Shown one piece after another: positions 25,825 through 34,512 of a stretch of 40,497 bases of DNA. Under the pieces are notes generated by a model. The model was not told where the DNA came from. It saw only the letters and a list, made by a program, of their open reading frames with translations, and ran no database searches. The stretch lies in contig JASHQV010000094.1 of assembly GCA_030038955.1 (NCBI GenBank), positions 1 to 40,497 of the forward strand, given 5' to 3'. Position 1 is the stretch's first letter. Each line of letters opens with the position of its first letter. This DNA comes from Solirubrobacteraceae bacterium. GTDB lineage: Bacteria; Actinomycetota; Thermoleophilia; Solirubrobacterales; Solirubrobacteraceae. The position numbers and the translations under genes are program-made.

Positions 25825-26880
25825 TCAGGCCAACAGCTTCGGGGTCACCGCCCACGTAGGCGCAGAGTTCGCAGCCGCGGAGTCGCCCGGGTCGATCGGC
25901 CGCACCGGGCGATAGTAGAGCCGCAGGTACGTCCACGGCTCGAGGCTCGCCACGCCGGCGAGCGGGCGCAGCTGCTCGTCGAGCAGCGACAGCAGATCCT
26001 CGGCGTCGCGGCACACGACCTCGACGTGGAGCTGGTAGCGGCCGCCCGTGATCGCGACGTAGATCACGGCTGGCAGGCGCGACACCACGCTTGCGAGCTC
26101 GGTCACGCTCGCGCCGGGCTGAATCTGGACGCCGATCAGCGCGACCGTGTCGAACCCGACCGCCGCAGGCATCGTCATCGCCATCACGCGCAGGGCGCTG
26201 GCGGAGATCATCCGCCTCACGCGCTGGCGCACTTGGCTGTCGGAGATCCGCAGCGCGCGCGCGATCACCTGATACGGGACGCGGCCGTCTTCGCTCAGGC
26301 GGGCGATGATCTCGCGGTCGACGGCGTCGAACGTGATGCTCGCGCGCACGCGAGATGACTCGGTGGCAGGCTTCTCACGCGACGCCTCGTAGGCGGGGTT
26401 CTGGTACTGCAACCGCATGTATGGATGTACCTCGTAGCTGAGCACGCCCTTGACGCGCGCGATGTCGTGCTCGACTGTCCGCAGAAGGTCGTCGTTATCG
26501 ATACACGAGATCTCGACGAAGATGTTGTAGCGACCGGTCACGACCGTCACGTAGAACGACCTGCGCTGCGCCGCCAGCTCCTCGGCGACCTCGGTGACAT
26601 CGCGCGAGGAGTCGACGCGGACGCCGACGTTCGCGATCACCCGGTAGCCCATCAGGTACGGGTCGCCGACGGTCGTGATGCGCACGGCGCCGCTGTCGCC
26701 GAGCTCGTGCAGCCGGCGTCGCACCGCCTTCTGCGTGACGCCGAGCGTCTTCGCGAGCTGCGCGACGGAGCGTCGCCCATCGAGCTGGAGCAGGCGGATC
26801 AGGGCGCGATCGAACGGTGACAGCCGGGGCGTCAACTCGAGCCAATCCGGGACGTGGGGCGCGAACAGCGACTCGGTCAC
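25825..26880 (-). CDS. Tandem double Lrp/AsnC regulator
   Basis: Two HTH+RAM units: DRALIRLLQLDGRRSVAQLAKTLGV..GRYNI and DREIIARLSEDGRVPYQVIARAL..GRYQL; GTGA coupling to the upstream stop. Confidence 0.9.
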   Translation of the reverse strand: MTESLFAPHVPDWLELTPRLSPFDRALIRLLQLDGRRSVAQLAKTLGVTQKAVRRRLHELGDSGAVRITTVGDPYLMGYRVIANVGVRVDSSRDVTEVAEELAAQRRSFYVTVVTGRYNIFVEISCIDNDDLLRTVEHDIARVKGVLSYEVHPYMRLQYQNPAYEASREKPATESSRVRASITFDAVDREIIARLSEDGRVPYQVIARALRISDSQVRQRVRRMISASALRVMAMTMPAAVGFDTVALIGVQIQPGASVTELASVVSRLPAVIYVAITGGRYQLHVEVVCRDAEDLLSLLDEQLRPLAGVASLEPWTYLRLYYRPVRPIDPGDSAAANSAPTWAVTPKLLA

Positions 26881-27953
26881 GCTGCCAGTGCCCGCGCATG
26901 CATCTTCTGAAAGTGACATAGGAGCGCCTCCTCGCGTGGCAGCACGATCCCGCGGTCGAGCGCGCCGGAGTCGATGCCCCGCTGGACGCTCTCGAACGCG
27001 CCCCAGTCCTCATGCATGATCACCGAGATCTGCTCGATGGTCGCCTGGACCTGCTCGTCCGACCAGTCTGCTGGGAAGAAGTAGTCGTTCACCTGGAGCG
27101 TACGAGTCGGACCGATCGGGCGGTAGTGGTAGGTGTAGAAGTACTCGTTCCGCCGGGCCGAGAGCATGAAGTTCGGCCACAGGTAATAGAGATGAAAGTC
27201 AGGTGCGCCGGTCGTGTTGTCTGACCGCTTCATCGACGACTCGTGCGTGAACGCCTGTTCGAATGTCTCGATGAGGTAGTGGTCGCGATCAACGTAGTAA
27301 TCGGATGCGAACGACCGGTGGATGGTCGCGCAGTGGTAACACTCGGTGTTGTTATCCAGGGTGACCTTCCAGTTGCACTGCAGCTCCCACTCGCGACTGG
27401 CCCTGCGCGGGTGACGGTCGAGGGCGAGGCCCCGTCGCGCAGCCGCATCCTGTAGCCCTCTGCTGGCTTCGGCGAAGCTCGCGTGAGGCTCCTGACTGAG
27501 AAAGATCAGCGGGCCCCAGGTTGCGAGCGCAAGCTCACGCAGACCGACGTCCGCCGGGACGAAGCTCGGATCCTCGCCCGTGCGCGGGGCCTTGCGGAGC
27601 CGGCCGTCGAGGCCGAAGGTCCAGCCGTGGTACGGGCACTGGAGCGTGCCCCGGCAACCCTCGCCGATTGCGACCGCATGGCCCCGGTGTGGGCATACGT
27701 TCGCGAACGCGCGCAGCTCATCGTCGCGGTCGCGGACGATCACGACTGGCAGCTGGGCGATCCAGCTTGCGAAGTAGGATCCGGATTCCACCAACCGATC
27801 GGTGGAGCCCGCGTACTGCCAGCCGTGGTTGAAGATCCGGACGAGCTCGCGCTGGTAGGTTGCGGGATCCCGGTACCAGCTGTAGGGCAACGATCTGCCC
27901 GCAGCGATCTCTCGCTCCAGCTCAATCCCTGAGTCGTAGACGGAAACGGTCAA
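26877..27953 (-). CDS. Rieske non-heme iron oxygenase alpha subunit 2 (choline monooxygenase/CntA-like)
   Basis: LPYSWY, NVCPHRG...CPYHGW, NWKVTLDNNTECYHCATIH, HED..FESVQRG. Start uncertain. Confidence 0.9.
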   Translation of the reverse strand: MTVSVYDSGIELEREIAAGRSLPYSWYRDPATYQRELVRIFNHGWQYAGSTDRLVESGSYFASWIAQLPVVIVRDRDDELRAFANVCPHRGHAVAIGEGCRGTLQCPYHGWTFGLDGRLRKAPRTGEDPSFVPADVGLRELALATWGPLIFLSQEPHASFAEASRGLQDAAARRGLALDRHPRRASREWELQCNWKVTLDNNTECYHCATIHRSFASDYYVDRDHYLIETFEQAFTHESSMKRSDNTTGAPDFHLYYLWPNFMLSARRNEYFYTYHYRPIGPTRTLQVNDYFFPADWSDEQVQATIEQISVIMHEDWGAFESVQRGIDSGALDRGIVLPREEALLCHFQKMHARALAA

Positions 27954-28056
27954 CGCTAGTGCGATCGAGATGCCGGAATTTGACCAGTCTACAGCAACTT
28001 TGCAGGATATGAGCCCCAAAGCCCGGATTCGGCGCTGATATCGGTACGCTGTGCGC

Positions 28057-29418
28057 GTGAGCTCTCCGCCTGGATCTGAGCGCTTGCGGGTCGCGATAGT
28101 CGGCGCCGGGCTCGCGGGACTCTCGGCCGCGATCGAGCTGCGCGCGCGCGGCTGCGAGGTGACGGTGCTTGAGGCGCGTGATCGTGTCGGCGGGCGGACG
28201 CTGACCGAGACGCACGCCGGAGTCCCGGTCGACGGCGGTGGCCAGTACGTCGGCTCGGGGCAGCTGAACGTGCTCGCCTGGGCCGAGCGTTACGGACTCG
28301 AGCTGGCCTCGGCATACGAGGAGGGCGATTGGCTGTTCGAGGTCGACGGACGGATGCTCCGCCAGCAGGGGCCGTGGCCCGCGCTTCCAGATGCCGTTGT
28401 GGGCGAGCTACGCCGGGCGGCGGAAACGCTCGAGGAGATGGCCGGCACCGTGCCGTTGGATGCGCCGTGGCAGGCGCCATCTGCGCTGGAGTGGGACTCG
28501 CTGACCGCGGGGGAGTGGGTGCGACGGGCCGTGCAAGACCCCGACGCACAGGCGTTCCTGCGCGCGTGCATGGAGATCACGCTGGCGGCCGATTGTCATC
28601 AAGCGTCGTTGCTGCACATGCTGTTCATGATCGAGAGCCTCGGGGGGTTCGAGTCGGCGATCTGGCAGGCACAGGCGATGCGCATTGTCGGCGGCACCCA
28701 GGCGCTGTCGCTGGCCGCGGCCGCCGAGCTTGGCGACAGCGTGCGGCTCGAGTCGCCGGTCGTCGGAATCCGCGATCGCGGCGATCGCGTCGAGGTAAGC
28801 GTCGACCGCGGAGAGGCCGTGCTCGCCGACCGGGCGGTCGTCGCGCTGCCGCCACCCCTCGCCGTGCGGATCGCGTACGACCCGCCGCTGCCGGGGCGGC
28901 GCGACCAGATCTGCCAGCGGATGCCGATGGGTGCCGCCCTCAAGGCCGTGATCTTCTACGCCGAGCCGTTCTGGCGCGCGCAGGGGCTAAGCGGGCTCGT
29001 GGTCAGCGATCGCGGTCCGGTGAGCTGGCTGTACGACAACTGTTGGCCCGATGCCTCGGTCGCGATGTTGGTTGGGTTCGTCGTTGGACGAACCGCCACC
29101 GAGCTCAGCGCGCTGCCGCTCGAGGATCGTCGCCGCGCGGTCATCGCGGGCGTCACGCGCGCGCTCGGCGCCGAGGCGGTGGGCGCGGCCGGCTACGTCG
29201 ATTGGCGCTGGACCGAGGAGCCGTGGACGCGCGGCTGCTATTCGATGTTCGCGACTCCGGGTGCCTGGACGGCGGGCGGCCAGGCGTTGCGCGAGCCCGT
29301 TGGAAGGATCCACTGGGCGGGCTCGGATACGGCCGAGCGCTGGGTCGGATTCATGGACGGGGCGATCGCCTCGGGCCAGCGGGCCGCGGCGGAGGTGCTG
29401 ACGGCCGGCGGCGTGTAG
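28057..29418 (+). CDS. Flavin monoamine oxidase family protein
   Basis: IVGAGLAGL, EARDRVGGR, GGQYVG, GRIHWAG, GFMDGAIASG; TACGCT -10 box just upstream suggests a leaderless start. Confidence 0.92.
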   Translation: MSSPPGSERLRVAIVGAGLAGLSAAIELRARGCEVTVLEARDRVGGRTLTETHAGVPVDGGGQYVGSGQLNVLAWAERYGLELASAYEEGDWLFEVDGRMLRQQGPWPALPDAVVGELRRAAETLEEMAGTVPLDAPWQAPSALEWDSLTAGEWVRRAVQDPDAQAFLRACMEITLAADCHQASLLHMLFMIESLGGFESAIWQAQAMRIVGGTQALSLAAAAELGDSVRLESPVVGIRDRGDRVEVSVDRGEAVLADRAVVALPPPLAVRIAYDPPLPGRRDQICQRMPMGAALKAVIFYAEPFWRAQGLSGLVVSDRGPVSWLYDNCWPDASVAMLVGFVVGRTATELSALPLEDRRRAVIAGVTRALGAEAVGAAGYVDWRWTEEPWTRGCYSMFATPGAWTAGGQALREPVGRIHWAGSDTAERWVGFMDGAIASGQRAAAEVLTAGGV

Positions 29419-29436
29419 ACGGCGTCGGCCGGGCAG

Positions 29437-30858
29437 TCAATAGAACCTGAGGTACTCCGCGCGCTCCCAGTCGCTGATGTGCTCGTGGAAGCGCTCCCAC
29501 TCGTCGTGCTTGTAGCGGCTGTAGCACTCGTGCATCGTCTGTCCGAGGGTCTCTGCCGCGAGCTCGTCCGCGTCAAAGGCGGCGACCGCTTCCTCGAGCG
29601 TCGTCGGCAGCCGCTCGATCCCGATGTTGCTCAGCTCGGCTGCGCTCATGTTGTAGACGTTCGCATTGACCGGCGGCCCGGGGTCGATTTCCTGCTCGAT
29701 GCCCGCGAGCGATGCGGCCGAGGTCATGGCCAGCGCGAGATAGGCGTTCATGCACATGTCGGCGGCGCGATTCTCGATCGCCCACCGCGCCTGTGGGAGC
29801 CGGAGCATCGTCGATCGGTTGTTGGCGCCGTACGCGCTGTGCGTCGGCGCCCAGGTGACGGTTCCGCCCTCGAATCCACGAGCACGCGCGATCAGGCCCT
29901 TGTACGAGTTGACGGTCGAGCAGGTGATCGCGGTCAGCGCGGGCGCGTGGCGGATGATGCCGCCGACCGCGCCAAGCGCGACCGAGCTCCAGCCGCCGCG
30001 CTCCGCCTTGAATAGGTTCTCGCCGGGCCGCGCGAGCGCCTCGATGCTGTGATTGACATGCGCGCCGCTGCGCCAGTCGCCCTGGGTGGGCTTGGCCATG
30101 AACGTGACGAACATGCCGTGCTGCTTGGCGATCTCCTTCAGAAGAACCCGCAGGAACGTGAACCGGTCCGCAGTCGTGAGCGCGTCGGCGTGGCCGAAGT
30201 CGAGCTCAAACTGCGAGTACGCGCCCTCGGCGACGAGGTTCGACAGACCCCAGCCGAGCCTCTCCAGCGCGCGCGCGACCGCGTCCAGGAAGTCCATCGA
30301 GTTGAGCGAGAACTCGGCGTCGTATCCGAATGCCTGCCGTCGCGGCCGCAACGGTGCGTCCCGCGGATCATCGTCCATCGCCTTGATCGGATGGCCGGCG
30401 TCGTCATAACGCATCGCAATGAACTCGGGCTCGATCCCTGCGAGCACGCGATAGCCGGCGTCCGCCGCACGCGCGAGCTGCCGCTTCAACGCCCCGCGCG
30501 GACACACGCTGTACGGCTGATTGCAGAAGTAGAGGTCCGCGAACACCCAGGCGTAGCGATCGTCCCACGGGCACACCACGAGACTGTCGAGATCCGGGAT
30601 CGGAAGCTGATCGGGGTCGGCCGGCCCGAGTTCGGGCACCATCGAGATCGAGTGGACGGCGAACTGCGGCCCGCGGCCGGCACACAGCTCCTCGAAGCGG
30701 GAGAGCGGCACCGGCTTGGTCTTCGGGACTCCGAGCAGATCGATCCAGCACGAGAGCACGTATTGCACTCCCGCCTCGGCAAGCTTCGCGCGCGCCGCCT
30801 CGACGCTCTCGGCCGCTGGCAGCGCGGCCGAGAGCAGCGTCTGATCCGCGGTGCTCAT
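29437..30858 (-). CDS. Glutamine synthetase-like ATP-dependent amide ligase (GlnT/GmaS-like)
   Basis: IDLLGVPKTKPVP, IPD, CPRG.LK, GIEPEF, EGAYSQFE, TFMAKP, SGAH, NNRS, IENR.AD..N.YLA. Confidence 0.9.
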   Translation of the reverse strand: MSTADQTLLSAALPAAESVEAARAKLAEAGVQYVLSCWIDLLGVPKTKPVPLSRFEELCAGRGPQFAVHSISMVPELGPADPDQLPIPDLDSLVVCPWDDRYAWVFADLYFCNQPYSVCPRGALKRQLARAADAGYRVLAGIEPEFIAMRYDDAGHPIKAMDDDPRDAPLRPRRQAFGYDAEFSLNSMDFLDAVARALERLGWGLSNLVAEGAYSQFELDFGHADALTTADRFTFLRVLLKEIAKQHGMFVTFMAKPTQGDWRSGAHVNHSIEALARPGENLFKAERGGWSSVALGAVGGIIRHAPALTAITCSTVNSYKGLIARARGFEGGTVTWAPTHSAYGANNRSTMLRLPQARWAIENRAADMCMNAYLALAMTSAASLAGIEQEIDPGPPVNANVYNMSAAELSNIGIERLPTTLEEAVAAFDADELAAETLGQTMHECYSRYKHDEWERFHEHISDWERAEYLRFY

Positions 30859-31901
30859 CTACCGTTCCCGCGCGCGAGGAGCTCGCGCAGGGCCGCATCA
30901 ACGAACTCCAGGTCCTCCGGATTGCGGCCGCCGCCCGCGTAGTGACCCCAGATCGACGGGATCACGCGCAGCTCGCCGTTGCGCAGCAGCGACACTTCAA
31001 ACTCGCTGTCCTCGGGCGTGAAGTAGAGGTCGGTCCGGCAGGGCATGATCAGCGCCTCCGCTTCAATCGCGCGCATGGCCGCCTCGTAGTCCGAGTTGAA
31101 CCTCGGGTTCGCGGACAGGTCGGCGTCCTGCCAGGTGCGGACCATCGACACCAGGTTGTTCGCGTCCCTGGCGAGGTACAGGGCCTCCCAGTAGCGGACG
31201 AGGTAGTCCTCGAGCGACGCGTAGCCCTGGCTCAGGTGCAGGCCCTCGCGGTAGAACGCCTGCGACACGGCCCACCCGGCCCATACGCGTCCGATTGCGC
31301 GCAGCCCACGTGAGGGAGGCTCGTCATAGTTGCCGTCGCGGAACGCGGGGTCGGCTGTCAGCGCCGCTTTCACCCCTTCGAGGAACACGAATGTGTGGGG
31401 CGCCGTCTTGGCGGCGCCACAGATAACCGCGAGCCGCTGGACGAGGTCCGGATATAGCGCCGCCCACTGGTAGGCCTGCTGTCCGCCGACCGACCAGCCG
31501 ACCGTGAGCGCGACCCGCTTCACCCCGAGCACCTCGGTCGCGAGCCGGTGCTGGAGGACCACGTTGTCGTATACCGTGGTCCGCGGGAAGTGTCCCTGTC
31601 CGAGCGGGCCGAGCGTGTTGCTCGGAGATGACGACACGCCGTTGCCGAGAATGTCAGGGACGAAGATGCAGTAGCGGCGCGGGTCAAGCGCCCTGCTCTC
31701 GCCGATCAGGTAAGCGTTATCGGCGTGCGTCCCTCCGAACCGGGTCGGGAACACGATCGCGTTGTCGCCGGCCGCGTTCAGCTCGCCGTACGTCGCGTAG
31801 ACGATGCGGGTCTCGGTGAGCGTCAGGCCGCACTGCAGCGGCACGTCCCCGGCCTCGAATGTGTCGACTCGTGGTTCGACAGAGATCGTCGCGTTCATCA
31901 C
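30855..31901 (-). CDS. Alpha/beta hydrolase of the MetX superfamily, MekB/CgHle-like esterase
   Basis: YGELNAAGDNAIVFPT, ALDPRRYCI...GNGVSSSP, GWSVGG nucleophile elbow, TDLYF (Asp), WGHYAG (His). Confidence 0.85.
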   Translation of the reverse strand: MMNATISVEPRVDTFEAGDVPLQCGLTLTETRIVYATYGELNAAGDNAIVFPTRFGGTHADNAYLIGESRALDPRRYCIFVPDILGNGVSSSPSNTLGPLGQGHFPRTTVYDNVVLQHRLATEVLGVKRVALTVGWSVGGQQAYQWAALYPDLVQRLAVICGAAKTAPHTFVFLEGVKAALTADPAFRDGNYDEPPSRGLRAIGRVWAGWAVSQAFYREGLHLSQGYASLEDYLVRYWEALYLARDANNLVSMVRTWQDADLSANPRFNSDYEAAMRAIEAEALIMPCRTDLYFTPEDSEFEVSLLRNGELRVIPSIWGHYAGGGRNPEDLEFVDAALRELLARGNGR

Positions 31902-31910
31902 CTAAATGCG

Positions 31911-31939
31911 ATCATACGAGGCCAATCGGCGCCGGTCAA
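31911..31939 (-). promoter_or_regulatory. Sigma70-type promoter TTGACC-N17-TATGAT for the hydrolase/GS-like operon
   Basis: Reverse complements of ggtcaa (31934-31939) and atcata (31911-31916), exactly 17 nt apart. Confidence 0.75.
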
Positions 31940-32010
31940 GTGAGTATTACGTCATCAAATTCGTATTTAGACGATGCAATTCGTATTCGGTGCTCACGGT
32001 CGGATGGAGG

Positions 32011-32232
32011 TGCGTGCCGGCGTCGGCGCCGAGCGAGCCCTGGGGCCGGACTGGGGGGAGGAACGCGAGCTGCACGCGCCGCAGCTGCGGCAGCGTGCCG
32101 CGCCACAGGTGCGCGGTCCCTCGGCGGGGATCTGCTCGGGGCCCGAGACTCGGATGCGGGACCACAGCCTCAGCGCGATCAGTGCCGTTGCGCGTACCGG
32201 CGCGTACACGCGTGGGGTGAGGCCGTGCTCGC
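32011..32232 (-). pseudogene. Internally deleted second copy of the plsC-like gene (part of the right repeat copy)
   Basis: Two blocks matching 12256-12356 and 12699-12817 with scattered substitutions. Confidence 0.88.
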
Positions 32233-32275
32233 TGCGGATCGCTGCTGCGCTCGGCCTCGTGGGCCGCTGGTGCGC

Positions 32276-33007
32276 TCAGGCGACCGTGGGGGTGAGCTGC
32301 TCGTTGATGTTCGGGGCGCTCACGCGGCCGCCTCTGATCACCGCGATCCGCTGCGCGCGCCGTGCGACGGTGCTGTCGTGGGTGACGACGATCAGCGTCA
32401 GCCCGCGGTTGCGCCATAGATCCTCGAGCAGGTCGACGATCTCGTCGCGGGTCTGCTCGTCGAGGTTGCCCGTCGGCTCATCGGCCAGCAGCACCTGTGG
32501 GCCCTTGACGAGCGCTCTGGCGATCGCGACGCGCTGCTGCTGGCCGCCCGACAGCTCGGACGGCAGGTGCGAGCCGCGGTCGCCGAGCCCCAGTTCCTCG
32601 AGCACCTGCTTGGCGCGCTGACGGCGCTCGAGCGGCGCGAGCTCGCTGGGAACGAGCGCCGTCTCGACGTTTTCCTTGGCGGTCAGGGTGGGGATCAGGT
32701 TGAAGGTCTGGAACACGAACCCGAACGCCGCCGCCCGCAGCTCGACGAGATCGCGCTCTGGGAGCCTCCCGAGATCGCGGTCGTCGAACAGGACTCGGCC
32801 GCCGCTTGCGCGGTCGAGCCCGCCGAGCAGCGTCAGCAGAGTCGTCTTGCCCTGACCGGTCGGGCCTTGGATCGCGAGGAACTCGCCGCGTGCGATCGTC
32901 AGCTCGACGCCGTCGAGTGCGCGAACCGTGTCGGTACCCCTGCCGAAGTACTTGCGCACGTCGGTCAGCTCGTAGATGTTGGCGTTCATGTCTGTCACGT
33001 CATGCAT
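32276..33007 (-). CDS. ABC ATP-binding protein (LolD/MacB type)
   Basis: GPTGQGKT, FVFQTFNL, LSGGQQQRVAIARA, LADEPTGNLD, VTHD. Confidence 0.93.
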   Translation of the reverse strand: MHDVTDMNANIYELTDVRKYFGRGTDTVRALDGVELTIARGEFLAIQGPTGQGKTTLLTLLGGLDRASGGRVLFDDRDLGRLPERDLVELRAAAFGFVFQTFNLIPTLTAKENVETALVPSELAPLERRQRAKQVLEELGLGDRGSHLPSELSGGQQQRVAIARALVKGPQVLLADEPTGNLDEQTRDEIVDLLEDLWRNRGLTLIVVTHDSTVARRAQRIAVIRGGRVSAPNINEQLTPTVA

Positions 33008-33022
33008 GTCGTGTGTGCTCCT

Positions 33023-33051
33023 CGCTCGGCGGCCGGGAAGGCCGCCGAGCG
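33023..33051. other. Perfect 12-bp GC hairpin between permease and ATPase genes
   Basis: CGCTCGGCGGCC-GGGAA-GGCCGCCGAGCG; no U-tract; abuts the ATPase SD. Confidence 0.7.
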
Positions 33052-33084
33052 GTTCGAGGTGTCGATTGTCTGGCGGGAGACCCA

Positions 33085-34512
33085 CTAGCCGATGCTCCGG
33101 AGTGCGGCCGCGGGGCGTAGGCGCGCGGCGCGCCACGCGCCGAAGCCCCCGGCGACGAGGCCGCCTGCGATCGCGAGCAGGACTGCGATCAGGATCGTGC
33201 CTCCCTGCAGCGGTGCGGTCAGGTGGACGAGCACCGAGTGCGTGGCGGCGAACGCGTGCCCGAACCCGGGGCTGGTGAAGCCGCCGCTGAACCCGCCACC
33301 GGTTGCGGACGCCGATCCGACGGTGCCGGTCAGCGAGGGCGCAACCGCGGAGATGAGCTCCGCGCCCGCGATGCCGAGCACGATCCCGCCCACGCCGCCG
33401 GCGATGCCGAGCGCGATGCCCTCGCCCATCACCTGGGCGACGACGCGCCGGGTCCGCCAGCCGATCGCCTTGAGCGTTCCGAACTCGCGCACGCGGCGCG
33501 AGACGGCGGCCATCATCAGCAGGCCGGCGATCACGAACGCAACCACCAGCGCGGCGATCGACAGCCAGCTGCCGAGGTTCGTCGCGAGCTTGGACGCGCT
33601 CGACAGCGATCCGGTCACCTCGTTCGCCAGCGACGCCGACGTCGACACGGTCGAGCCCGGGATCGCCTTCTGCACCTCGGACGCCAGCGAGGCGACGCTG
33701 GTTGCGCTAGAGGCGCTGACGAAGATCGTCGTCACCTCGTTCTTCAGGCCGGACAGGGCCTGTGCGGTACCGAGCGGGATGTAGACGTCCGCGGCACCGG
33801 TCGAGACCTGCGCGATCCCGATCACCGACAGAGTCTTGCCGCCGACGGTGATGTCAGATCCAAGCTTCAGCTTGTGTTGCGTCGCGTACGACGCGCTGAC
33901 GATCGCCACGTCGGCTGTGTTGTCCGCCGTCGAGAAGTACTTGCCTTCCGTCACCTGTGAGGCCGTCAGCGGGCCGACGCCGGAGTTGGAGATCTGCACG
34001 CCGTCGACGGTGAACGAGTTGACGTTGAACGACGATCCCGAGTTCGATGTCGAGTCGCCGCCGAAGCCACTGCGCCCGCCACTCCCGGAGGAGCTCGGGA
34101 TCGTGCCCGAGAACGAGGTGTCGGTCAGAACAAGCCCGCCGGTTGCGGCTGAGGTGCCGTGCAGCGAGGCGACCTTCGCGACATCACTGAACGGCAGTTC
34201 GGCCTCGCCGGCTGTGGGGCGCAGCCTGTTAGTGGAGATGTGCGTCCCGGCCCTTGACGCGGACGAGCCAGCGGCTCCCCGGAAGTGGAACCGCTGCGGC
34301 CCGCCCGTACCCGCGGTGGCGGTCTTGCTCACGGTCATGTCAGTGCCGATCCCGTAGAGGGAGTGCAGCACGTCTCCCTGAGCCCGCTTGACCCCGGCCG
34401 ACGCCGACGAGATCGTCACCACCAGACCGATCCCGATCGCCAGGCCGAGCGCGACGACGAGCGCCTGCTTGCTGCGCCGCCGGAGCTCCCGGCGAAGATA
34501 AGTGAAGAACAT
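33085..34512 (-). CDS. ABC permease, MacB/FtsX family
   Basis: N-terminal TM helix, large Ser/Gly-rich external domain, RRVREFGTLKAIGW, RAARLRPAAALR. Confidence 0.92.
   Translation of the reverse strand: MFFTYLRRELRRRSKQALVVALGLAIGIGLVVTISSASAGVKRAQGDVLHSLYGIGTDMTVSKTATAGTGGPQRFHFRGAAGSSASRAGTHISTNRLRPTAGEAELPFSDVAKVASLHGTSAATGGLVLTDTSFSGTIPSSSGSGGRSGFGGDSTSNSGSSFNVNSFTVDGVQISNSGVGPLTASQVTEGKYFSTADNTADVAIVSASYATQHKLKLGSDITVGGKTLSVIGIAQVSTGAADVYIPLGTAQALSGLKNEVTTIFVSASSATSVASLASEVQKAIPGSTVSTSASLANEVTGSLSSASKLATNLGSWLSIAALVVAFVIAGLLMMAAVSRRVREFGTLKAIGWRTRRVVAQVMGEGIALGIAGGVGGIVLGIAGAELISAVAPSLTGTVGSASATGGGFSGGFTSPGFGHAFAATHSVLVHLTAPLQGGTILIAVLLAIAGGLVAGGFGAWRAARLRPAAALRSIG

Noticed and set aside
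29437-30858. Housekeeping glnA
   Set aside because: Substrate-loop motifs deviate from GSI and the context is catabolic; called GS-like only.
30855-31901. metX in methionine biosynthesis
   Set aside because: Lacks the typical HALTG and GGSMGG motifs and has no met genes nearby; closer to MekB-like esterases.
13200-32010. Island as a composite transposon, prophage or ICE
   Set aside because: No transposase, integrase, phage or conjugation genes and no terminal inverted repeats seen.
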